In this document: one piece after another, positions 1 through 7,549 of the stretch | Numbering within the stretch: position 1 is the first letter of the stretch | Layout of the letters: each line of letters opens with the position of its first letter | Assembly: GCA_963716255.1 (NCBI GenBank) | Contig: OY970303.1 | Span: 1,728,001-1,792,000 of the forward strand | Direction of reading: 5' to 3' | Source of the DNA: an uncultured Gemmatimonadales bacterium | GTDB taxonomy: Bacteria; Gemmatimonadota; Gemmatimonadetes; Longimicrobiales; Longimicrobiaceae | DNA length: 64,000 nt | Translations under genes and position numbers: made by a program | Notes under the pieces: generated by a model | What the model was told of the DNA's origin: nothing | Seen by the model: only the letters and a program-made list of their open reading frames with translations | Databases searched by the model: none

Positions 1-87
1 CCCGCTCCCCTCCGCCGCCAGCCCGGCGAGCGTGCGCCCCATGCGCCCGCTGGCGCCGCTCAGCACCACCCGCACCGGCTCCGCCAC
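1..87 (-). CDS. dapB: 4-hydroxy-tetrahydrodipicolinate reductase, N-terminus only (runs off window)
   Basis: Manual translation MAEPVRVVLSGASGRMGRT (GaxGRMG Rossmann motif) immediately downstream of dapA. Confidence 0.8.
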   Translation of the reverse strand, partial: MAEPVRVVLSGASGRMGRTLAGLAAEGSG

Positions 88-89
88 GG

Positions 90-995
90 CTACGCCCCCA
101 CCGCAGAGGCGACGCCCAGCCCCAGCGCCAGCATCTCGCGCTCCAGCTCCCCGCGGACCTCCGCGGAAGCGGGCAGCAGGGGCAGGCGCACCTCGCCCGT
201 GGCGAAGCCCAGCATGGACACCGCCATCTTCACCGGCACCGGGTTGGGCTCGCGGAAGAGCGCCGCGACCAGCGGGAGGAAGCGCAGCTGGATGCGCCGG
301 GCCTCCTCCACTTCCCCCGCCAGGAACGCCTTCGCCATGCGCGAGGTGTCCGCCGGGGCCACGTTGGCGAGCACCGAGATCACGCCCTTTCCTCCCAGCG
401 CCATCAGCGGCACCACCTGGTCGTCGTTGCCGCTGTAGATGGCCACCCGGTCGGCGAGGCGGCGCGCCAGCTCCGCCACCTGCGAGATGTCACCGCTGGC
501 CTCCTTGACGCCCACCACGCGCGGGTCCTCCGCCAGCGTCTCCACCGTGGCCGGGAGGATGTTGCACGCCGTGCGGCCCGGCACGTTGTAGACGACCGTG
601 GGGAGGTCCGCCTCGTCCATCACCCGCCGGTAGTGGGCGACGATCCCCTGCTGGGTGGGCTTGTTGTACGGCGGCGGCGACAGGAGGAGCCCGTCCGCCC
701 CCGCCTCCCGGGCCGCCCGCCCCAGGCGCGCCACCGCCGCGGTGTCGCTCCCGCCGGCGCCCGCGATCACCGGGAGGCGCCCGCCCGCCTCGTCCACCAC
801 CACCTCCAGGGCCCGGCGCTGCTCCTCCGCCGACATGGTGGTGGCCTCGCCGGTGCTGCCGTTGATCACCAGCGCGTCCGTGCCCTCGCGCAGGTGGAAG
901 CGCACCAGCTCGCGGAGCACGCCCTCGTGGATGCCGTCCGCGGCGAAGGGCATGACCAGCGCCACGCCCGAGCCGACGAAGAGTGGAGTCTGCAC
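90..995 (-). CDS. dapA: 4-hydroxy-tetrahydrodipicolinate synthase
   Basis: GSTGEATT, YNVPGRT, GVKEASG, NPVPVK motifs. Confidence 0.95.
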   Translation of the reverse strand: MQTPLFVGSGVALVMPFAADGIHEGVLRELVRFHLREGTDALVINGSTGEATTMSAEEQRRALEVVVDEAGGRLPVIAGAGGSDTAAVARLGRAAREAGADGLLLSPPPYNKPTQQGIVAHYRRVMDEADLPTVVYNVPGRTACNILPATVETLAEDPRVVGVKEASGDISQVAELARRLADRVAIYSGNDDQVVPLMALGGKGVISVLANVAPADTSRMAKAFLAGEVEEARRIQLRFLPLVAALFREPNPVPVKMAVSMLGFATGEVRLPLLPASAEVRGELEREMLALGLGVASAVGA

Positions 996-999
996 CGTC

Positions 1000-1374
1000 C
1001 TAGAGGTTGTTGAGGTCCATCAGGTCCCCCGGGAGGGTGTCGCCCTCCGCGTCGTCGGGGTCCAGGTCGCGCTCGGTGGAGTCGCGGAAGTCGTCCGTGG
1101 CCTCGTCGCCCACGTTGTCCTGGAAGGCCCGGAACACGGTGCTCCCGCACTTCTCGCACGCCATCCCCGGTTCCGGGGCCTCGTCCTCGAAGAAGTAGCT
1201 CTTGCCGCAGGTCTCGCAGATCAGCGTCAGCACCGAGGACACGGGCTCGCGCCCGCCCGGCGCGTCCGGGTCGGCGGGGTTGTCCCGCGGCTGCCCGGTC
1301 GCGGCCCGGGCGCCCACGAGCGTGGTGTCGTCCGACGCCGCGGCCTCGGCCCCGTGCAGGTGTTCTTCGCGCAT
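1000..1374 (-). CDS. small acidic zinc-ribbon protein
   Basis: CETC and CEKC pairs, D/E-rich tail; stop is 4 nt from the dapA start. Confidence 0.7.
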   Translation of the reverse strand: MREEHLHGAEAAASDDTTLVGARAATGQPRDNPADPDAPGGREPVSSVLTLICETCGKSYFFEDEAPEPGMACEKCGSTVFRAFQDNVGDEATDDFRDSTERDLDPDDAEGDTLPGDLMDLNNL

Positions 1375-1507
1375 CCATGCCTCCCGGCTGTCCGTGTGGT
1401 CTCGTCCCGGCTCCGGCGCTTTTTGGTGCTGCCGCTCCGGAGGAACCCGGCGCCACCCAGCACATCCCATACCGGGTTCACGTTCAACAGCTTTTAGAAG
1501 CAGGTTC

Positions 1508-1637
1508 GGGCGTGCCCCCGGCGGGCGCCGGGGTCGGGCTTCGGCTCCGTAAGCCCGCAAACAACGCGGGCTAACGGAGTCGAGCCCCGCGAAACTGCCC
1601 GCGGGTCTCGCCCCTTCGGGCCGAAATCCCTCACGCG
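1508..1637 (+). repeat. family A structured repeat, copy 1
   Basis: GGGCGTG..CCCCGG/CCGGGG..TCGGGCTTCGGCTCCGT..ACGGAG..ATCCCTCACGCG; matches 12 other full copies in window. Confidence 0.95.
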
Positions 1638-1717
1638 GGCTGAGCGCTGGCGTCCGCGGGAGGCCCCCTCCCCCGCAAGCGGGAGAGGGGGAGAGCTGCC
1701 TGCGCTGCGTGTAGTTG

Positions 1718-1773
1718 CCCCCTCTCCCAGAATGGGGAGAGGGTGGCGAGCCTCAAGCGAGCCGGGTGAGGGC
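1718..1773 (-). repeat. family C REP-like palindrome (CCCTCACCCGGCTCGC..CCCTCTCCC type)
   Basis: Reverse complement matches elements at 22048, 25094 and 40548. Confidence 0.85.
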
Positions 1774-2742
1774 CTACCGCAGCCCGATCGCCAGCCGCAC
1801 GCGGTCCATCGTGGCCGTTGCGACCTCGCGGGCGCGGACGGCGCCGTCGCGGAGGACCTGGTCCACGTAGTCCGGGTTGCGCTCCAGCTCGGCGCGGCGG
1901 GCGCGCATGGGGCCGAAGTGGTCCATGATCGCCTCGAACAGGCGCTTCTTGAAGTCGCCGTAGCCCGTGCCGCCCGCGCGGAACTCGTCCTCCATGCGGC
2001 GCACCTCGTCCGGGCTCGCGAAGAGGCGGTAGAGCGCGAGGACGTTGGAGCCTTCCACGGGCTTGGGAGCCTCCAGCGGGGTGGAGTCGGTGACCACGGA
2101 CATCACGCTCTTCCGCAGCGCCTTCTCCTCGCCGAACATGTTGATGGTGTTGCCGTAGCTCTTGCTCATCTTCTGCCCGTCGGTGCCGGGGACCACCGCC
2201 ACCTCCTCGGCGATCTCCGGCTCCGGGAGCTTCACCGTCCCCTCCCCGAAGGCCTCGTTGATCTTGACGGCGAGGTCGCGGGCGATCTCCAGGTGCTGCT
2301 TCTGGTCGCGGCCCACGGGGACCACGTCGCCGTCGTACAGGAGGATGTCGGCGGCCATGAGCACCGGGTAGACGAAGAGCCCGGCGTTGGCGGCGATCCC
2401 CTTTGCCACCTTGTCCTTGTAGGCGTGGGCGCGCTCCAGCAGCCCCATGGGGGTCACGGTGCTCAGGATCCACATGAGCTCGGAGTGCTCCGGCACGTCG
2501 GACTGCTTGAAGAAGATGCTCCGCTCCGGGTCCAGCCCCGCGGCCAGGAAGTCCAGCGCGGCGCTGCGGGTGTTGGCGCGCAGGGCGGCCGGGTCCTGCA
2601 GGCTGGTGAGGGCGTGCAGGTCCACCAGGATGGCGAGCACCTGCCCGCGCTCCTGGTTGGCGATCAGCGGGCGCATGGCCCCGAAGTAGTTGCCGACGTG
2701 CAGCGTGCCGGACGGCTGGATGCCGGTGAGGATTCGAAGCAT
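1774..2742 (-). CDS. trpS: tryptophan--tRNA ligase
   Basis: TGIQPSGTLHVGN (HIGH-like), YPVLMAADIL, VPVGRDQKQHLE, KMSKS. Confidence 0.97.
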   Translation of the reverse strand: MLRILTGIQPSGTLHVGNYFGAMRPLIANQERGQVLAILVDLHALTSLQDPAALRANTRSAALDFLAAGLDPERSIFFKQSDVPEHSELMWILSTVTPMGLLERAHAYKDKVAKGIAANAGLFVYPVLMAADILLYDGDVVPVGRDQKQHLEIARDLAVKINEAFGEGTVKLPEPEIAEEVAVVPGTDGQKMSKSYGNTINMFGEEKALRKSVMSVVTDSTPLEAPKPVEGSNVLALYRLFASPDEVRRMEDEFRAGGTGYGDFKKRLFEAIMDHFGPMRARRAELERNPDYVDQVLRDGAVRAREVATATMDRVRLAIGLR

Positions 2743-2859
2743 GCTCTGGGTCCCGTATCGCAGGAGGGCGGCGGCCCTCTCGTTCGCCTGGAATGGAAGC
2801 GGTAAGTTAGCGCTGCCGCGAGACGCGGAGCAAGCGAACGCCAGCCCCGAGCCACACCC

Positions 2860-3804
2860 ATGACCGAGCCCACGCCCGACCCGCTGCACGGCCTGCGCGC
2901 CGCCCCCGACCCGCGCGACCCCCGGGCCCCGTCGCTGCTCCGCCCCGCCGGCCCCGGCGCGCCGCTGGACGGCGCCCGCGTGGTGCTGGGGCTTCCCTAC
3001 GACGGCGGGATCCCGTCGCGCCCGGGCGCGCGCTTCGGCCCGCGCGCCATCCGCGAGGCGCTCGCCTCCTTCGGCACGTACGACGGCGCGCGCGAGGTGC
3101 CGCCCGCCGCCGACCTGGGCGACCTGGCTCTCCCCTCCATGAACGGCGCCGCCGCGCACGCACGCATCGAGGAGGCCGCGCGGCGGGTCTTCGCCGCGGG
3201 CGCGCGCCCCGTGTTCCTGGGCGGCGACCACGGCTGCACCGGCTCGCTGATCCGCGGCCTGGCCGCCGCGCGTCCGCACGCCACCCTGGCGCTGGTGACG
3301 CTGGACGCGCACCTGGACGTGCGCGAGTACGACGACGAGGCTTCGCTCAGCAGCGGCACGCCGTTCCGCCGCGCCCTGGAAACGCCCATCCTGGCCGGCG
3401 CGCGCGTGTCCATGATCGGCATCCGCCCCTTCGCCAACTCGCGCCACTACCTGGACTGGGCCGCCGCGCAGGGGATCCGCCTGGTCACCGTGGACGAGGT
3501 GGAGTCCCGGGGCGCGGCGGAATCCGCCCGCGCCGCCCTGGACGCCGCCGCCGCCGGCGCGGACGCCCTCTACCTGAGCATCGACATGGACGCGGCCGAC
3601 GCGGCCTTCGCTCCCGGCGTGAGCGCCGCCGGCATCGGCGGCCTGTCCGCCCGCGAGATGATCGCGCTGGTGAGGACCGTCGCCGCCGACCCGCGCCTGG
3701 TGGGCGCCGACATCATGGAAACCTCGCCCCCCCACGACGCGGACGGCCGCACGGCGAAGCTGGCCGCGCGGCTGCTGCTGGAACTGCTAGGGAACAGGGA
3801 ATAG
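2860..3804 (+). CDS. ureohydrolase (formimidoylglutamase/agmatinase family)
   Basis: GARFGP, LGGDH, DAHLD, SIDMD..D..FAPGVS motifs. Confidence 0.88.
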   Translation: MTEPTPDPLHGLRAAPDPRDPRAPSLLRPAGPGAPLDGARVVLGLPYDGGIPSRPGARFGPRAIREALASFGTYDGAREVPPAADLGDLALPSMNGAAAHARIEEAARRVFAAGARPVFLGGDHGCTGSLIRGLAAARPHATLALVTLDAHLDVREYDDEASLSSGTPFRRALETPILAGARVSMIGIRPFANSRHYLDWAAAQGIRLVTVDEVESRGAAESARAALDAAAAGADALYLSIDMDAADAAFAPGVSAAGIGGLSAREMIALVRTVAADPRLVGADIMETSPPHDADGRTAKLAARLLLELLGNRE

Positions 3805-3824
3805 GGAACAGAGAACGGGAACAG
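3789..3824 (+). repeat. short tandem heptamer (AGGGAAC/AGGGAAT)
   Basis: agggaacagggaatagggaacagagaacgggaacag overlapping the stop codon. Confidence 0.7.
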
Positions 3825-3874
3825 CCTGCGACGGCAACGGCGCCGCACCGCGAGAGCTCGGTGCAGGCGCCGTT

Positions 3875-4033
3875 CGCAGTTCCGCAGTACCCCCATGATC
3901 CGTTGCGGAGGGAGACAGCCGGGCAGTTTCGGCTGGCTCCCTCCGGCGGAGGGAAACCCGCCGCAGTTTGGCGGGGTTCCCGGAGCCCGCGTAGGAAACA
4001 GGCCGGCTGTTTGGCCTGGTTCCGGAGCGGCCC
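3875..4033 (+). repeat. family B triple-hairpin repeat, copy 1
   Basis: Three hairpins with GCAGTTT/GCTGTTT loops, ends CCGGAGCGGCCC; homologs at 17211, 22311, 54438. Confidence 0.9.
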
Positions 4034-4058
4034 CACCGACAGCCCCGACGCAGCACGC

Positions 4059-4100
4059 AAAAAACCTCGCCCCCGGCGCCAGGACGGCACCGGGGGCGAA
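4059..4100 (-). terminator. probable intrinsic terminator of the OmpA gene
   Basis: CGCCCCCGG/CCGGGGGCG stem followed by a T-run on the minus strand. Confidence 0.65.
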
Positions 4101-4132
4101 TTCATCCGGACTGCTTGCGGATCTGCCAGCCC

Positions 4133-4819
4133 TTACGGGTTGCGGCTCTCGCGCAGGATCTGCTCGCGGTACTGCTCGCTGGCGAAGATCGCCACCTCCA
4201 CGCGCCGGTTCTGCGCCCGCCCGGACTCGGTGCCGTTGCTCGCGATGGGCTCGGTCTCGCCGCGGCCCGCGGTGCGGATGCGGCCCGAGGACACGCCGCG
4301 CTGGATCAGGTAGTTGGCCGCCGACGAGGCGCGCCGCTGCGACAGGTCCTGGTTATAGGGGTCGCTGCCGACGTTGTCGGTGTGGCCCACCACCAGCACC
4401 TCGCTCCCCGGGTTGCGCTGGAGGATGTCCGCCAGCTTCTGCAGGTTGGTGCGGCCGGCCGGGTACAGGTCGGTGGAGTTGAAGGGGAAGAGGATCCCCG
4501 ACTCGAAGGTCACCGCGATCCCCTCGCCGATGCGCTCCACCGTGGCGCCGTCCACGTTCTCCTCGATCTCCTCGGCCTGCCGGTCCATCTGGCGCCCGAT
4601 CACGGCGCCCGCCGCCCCGCCGAGCACCGCGCCCAGGATGGCGCCGCGGGCCGTGGAGCCTGTGTTCTTCCCGATCACCGCGCCGACCGCCGCACCCGTC
4701 CCGGCGCCTACCACGGCCCCGCGCTCGGTGGTGTTCAGCGACGCGCACCCGGACAGGCCGGTGGTGCCGAGAGTGGTCACGGCGACGAGCGCCGTCAGTG
4801 AGCGTGCGTACTTCGTCAT
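4133..4819 (-). CDS. OmpA-family lipoprotein with glycine zipper
   Basis: Lipobox LSGC, GAxxG zipper, GHTD..N..LS..RA, NRRVE. Confidence 0.93.
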   Translation of the reverse strand: MTKYARSLTALVAVTTLGTTGLSGCASLNTTERGAVVGAGTGAAVGAVIGKNTGSTARGAILGAVLGGAAGAVIGRQMDRQAEEIEENVDGATVERIGEGIAVTFESGILFPFNSTDLYPAGRTNLQKLADILQRNPGSEVLVVGHTDNVGSDPYNQDLSQRRASSAANYLIQRGVSSGRIRTAGRGETEPIASNGTESGRAQNRRVEVAIFASEQYREQILRESRNP

Positions 4820-5250
4820 AGGCCAATTCCCTCCCCTGGATGTGGGACCTCACCGCAACCGTACCGACGCGTTAAGCTTGCGGGTCGGCCCCCTCGTTTG
4901 CAAGGGCGATGCCCGGCAGCGCTCCGGGGCGCCCCGCCTCCGGCGGCAGCCGGCATGGCCGGCATGCGGACGGGCGGCGGAAACCCGCGCGACGCGTGGC
5001 TTTCCGGCGACTCTTCCGGTCTCGGAAGTCCGGTCAACTCCCTGCCAAGCAACGTGTTCTACGGCCGGCACCGCCCGTCTCGACCCGTCCACTCGGGGGG
5101 ACACAGCATGCCGCGCTGGGCGACGGTGGGGAGCCGCGGGGACCGCGGAGGACCGGAATGCAACCACATACTTCGCGACAGTATTGGCACTATACATGCG
5201 TTCCGGGAAGTCATCCACACCGCCCCGCCCACCCGTCCAGCGAGGTCCGC

Positions 5251-6069
5251 ATGCAGCCTGGCTCCGCCGCCGCGAGCGACCGCTCGTCCGTGCACCTTTT
5301 CGCCGCCCGTCCCGCCGTGGAATGCACCACGCGCCACACGCACGACGACTTCCAGGTCGCCTGGGCCGAATCCGGTTCGGGGCAGGTGTTCTGCCGCGGG
5401 CGGAGCCACGCCGCGACCGCCGGCACGCTGGTGGTGATTCCCCCGGGCGAGATGCACTACGGGCACTCGGTGGGCTCTTCGGGGTGGAGGTACGCGCTGG
5501 TGGGGCTGGAGCCCGCGCTGCTGGGGACGGCGGCCGCGGAGCTGGGGGACGGGGCCGCGTCCGTTCCCGACTTCGACTGGGTGGCGCGCACGGACCCGGA
5601 GCTGGCGGGGCGGTTCGCCCGCTGGGTGCGCAGCCCCCAGGAGGAGGCGCTGGAGCGGGACACCTGCCTGGTGCAGGCGGTGGCGGCACTGCTCGCGCGC
5701 GGCGCCGCCGGCCTGCGGCTGTCCGCGGTCCGGCGCGACCGGCGAGTGGTCGCGCGCGCGCTGGAGTACCTGGAGGAGCACTACGCCCGCAGCGTCCCCC
5801 TGGACGAACTGGCGCGGGAGAGCGGCCTGGGCAAGTTCCACCTGGTGCGCGCCTTCAAGCACGAGGTGGGGCTCCCTCCCCACGCCTACCAGACACGCCT
5901 GCGGGTCGCCCGCGCCATGGAGCTGCTGCGCCGCGGGTGGAGCATCTCCCACGCTGCATACTCGGTGGGGTTCGCGGCGCAGAGCCACCTCCACCGCCAC
6001 TTCAAGCGGATCCTGGGTGTGACGCCCGGGGAGTACGCGGGGCGCGGCAGGAAGGCCGCCAGCCACTGA
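5251..6069 (+). CDS. AraC-family transcriptional regulator
   Basis: Cupin N-domain (RHTH..PPGEMH); C-terminal HTH with GFAAQSHLHRHFKR..GVTPGEY. Confidence 0.92.
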   Translation: MQPGSAAASDRSSVHLFAARPAVECTTRHTHDDFQVAWAESGSGQVFCRGRSHAATAGTLVVIPPGEMHYGHSVGSSGWRYALVGLEPALLGTAAAELGDGAASVPDFDWVARTDPELAGRFARWVRSPQEEALERDTCLVQAVAALLARGAAGLRLSAVRRDRRVVARALEYLEEHYARSVPLDELARESGLGKFHLVRAFKHEVGLPPHAYQTRLRVARAMELLRRGWSISHAAYSVGFAAQSHLHRHFKRILGVTPGEYAGRGRKAASH

Positions 6070-6302
6070 CGCCCGGCGTCGCGGGGGCGGCGGAGGCGCC
6101 CGGAGCTCTCGGCTCCGGGCGCCTCCGCTCGTTTTCGCCCGCCGCCCGGACCCGCGAGCAAGAACGTTGAACAAGAACATGGAAGAAAGGAGCGCGCCCT
6201 CGGCCTATCCTTGGACGCACGGGCCCGCCGGACGGCGGGTCCACGTCCGGGAGGCTCCCCGCCGACCGTGGCACGCTCACCCTTCGTGACGGAGGATTCG
6301 CC

Positions 6303-7481
6303 ATGCGCTACGTGCGTTCTCTCACCGTGCTCGCCGCCTTCGCGGCGCTCGCCGCCTGCCGGGACGACGGCGCCGTTGCCCCGGCGCCCGCGCCGGACGA
6401 CGCCGGGGCCCGCGCGGACGCCGGGTTCACGGACCCGCGCAAGGGCCCGGTCCTCACCGGGTACGTGGCGGACCGGGACGGCCGCGGCACGACGGCCGTC
6501 CGCTACCAGGTGGTGGGTGGGGTGGCGGTGTGGGACGGCGACGTGCCGCTGGGCCCGGCGGACCACATCGCGCGGACGCCGGAGGAAGCGCTGCGCCGCC
6601 GCGGCGGGCTCCCCGCGCCCTCGCTGTCGCTGCACTCCACGGGGTCGGCCGCCTGGTCCGGCGGGACGATCCCCTACGTGGTGGAGGGAACGGCGCCCGC
6701 CAACCTGGGCCCGGCGATGAGCCAGATCACCAGCCAGGTGCCCGGCGTGAAGTTCGTAGCGCGCACGACCCAGGGCACGTACCTGCGCATCTACAACCAC
6801 GGCGCGGTGGGCTATCACCAGTACTACGGCGGCTCGTCGGTGCGCAGCCTGGGGCTGGACTACTCGCTCGGCAACAGCAAGGCCATCCTGATGCACGAGC
6901 TGGGGCACGTTCTGGGCTTTCAGCACGAGCACCAGCGCTCTGACCGCGGCAGCTACATCAAGATCATCGACACCAACCCGTACCCGAGCGAGTTCAACAC
7001 CCTCGCCTCGGTCAAGGTGGGCACGTACGACAAGAGCTCCATCATGCACTACAACTCGCGCGAGTTCGGCCGGCTGCACTTCACCGACCTGAGCGGGGCC
7101 GAGGTGCAGGGCTACTGGGGCCGCACCACGATCTCCGCGGGCGACGTGAGCTCGTGGAAGTCGCTGTACCCCGGCACGGGCGGCGGGACCCCGAATCCGA
7201 CGGTGCCGTACACCATCAACGGGAATGCGCCGTTCGACCCGCCGTTCAACCTGCGCAACGGGCCGGGGACCAGCGGCACCACGGTGGTGGGCACCATCGG
7301 AGGCAACGTGTCGGTGACCATCCAGTGCACGGCGCTGAGCACCAGCGTGGAGGGGCCGTACGGGTGGACCAACGTGTGGGACAGGATCTCGTACAACGGC
7401 GGGACGTACTGGATCACGGACGCGTACGTCTACACGGGCATGGCGGGGCGGTACAAGCCGGCGTGCAGCGGCTACTCCTGA
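6303..7481 (+). CDS. astacin-like (M12A) metalloprotease lipoprotein with C-terminal SH3b-like domain
   Basis: Lipobox LAAC, HELGHVLGFQHEHQRSDR, Met-turn SIMHY; C-terminal NLRNGPGT..WDRI..WITDAYV. Confidence 0.88.
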   Translation: MRYVRSLTVLAAFAALAACRDDGAVAPAPAPDDAGARADAGFTDPRKGPVLTGYVADRDGRGTTAVRYQVVGGVAVWDGDVPLGPADHIARTPEEALRRRGGLPAPSLSLHSTGSAAWSGGTIPYVVEGTAPANLGPAMSQITSQVPGVKFVARTTQGTYLRIYNHGAVGYHQYYGGSSVRSLGLDYSLGNSKAILMHELGHVLGFQHEHQRSDRGSYIKIIDTNPYPSEFNTLASVKVGTYDKSSIMHYNSREFGRLHFTDLSGAEVQGYWGRTTISAGDVSSWKSLYPGTGGGTPNPTVPYTINGNAPFDPPFNLRNGPGTSGTTVVGTIGGNVSVTIQCTALSTSVEGPYGWTNVWDRISYNGGTYWITDAYVYTGMAGRYKPACSGYS

Positions 7482-7549
7482 GCCGGTGAGCGGCGGGGCC
7501 CCGGGAGCGTCGCGGGCCCCGCTCATGCCGTCCGCCGTTGGCACGACGC

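Noticed and set aside
1508..1637. Family A as an HDV-like or hammerhead ribozyme (contains GCTGGCGCCGG and GAAA)
   Set aside because: The supported pairings are nested rather than the HDV double pseudoknot, and there is no CUGANGA core.
2743..2859. T-box or attenuator upstream of trpS
   Set aside because: Only 117 bp shared with a divergent gene, and no T-box consensus seen.
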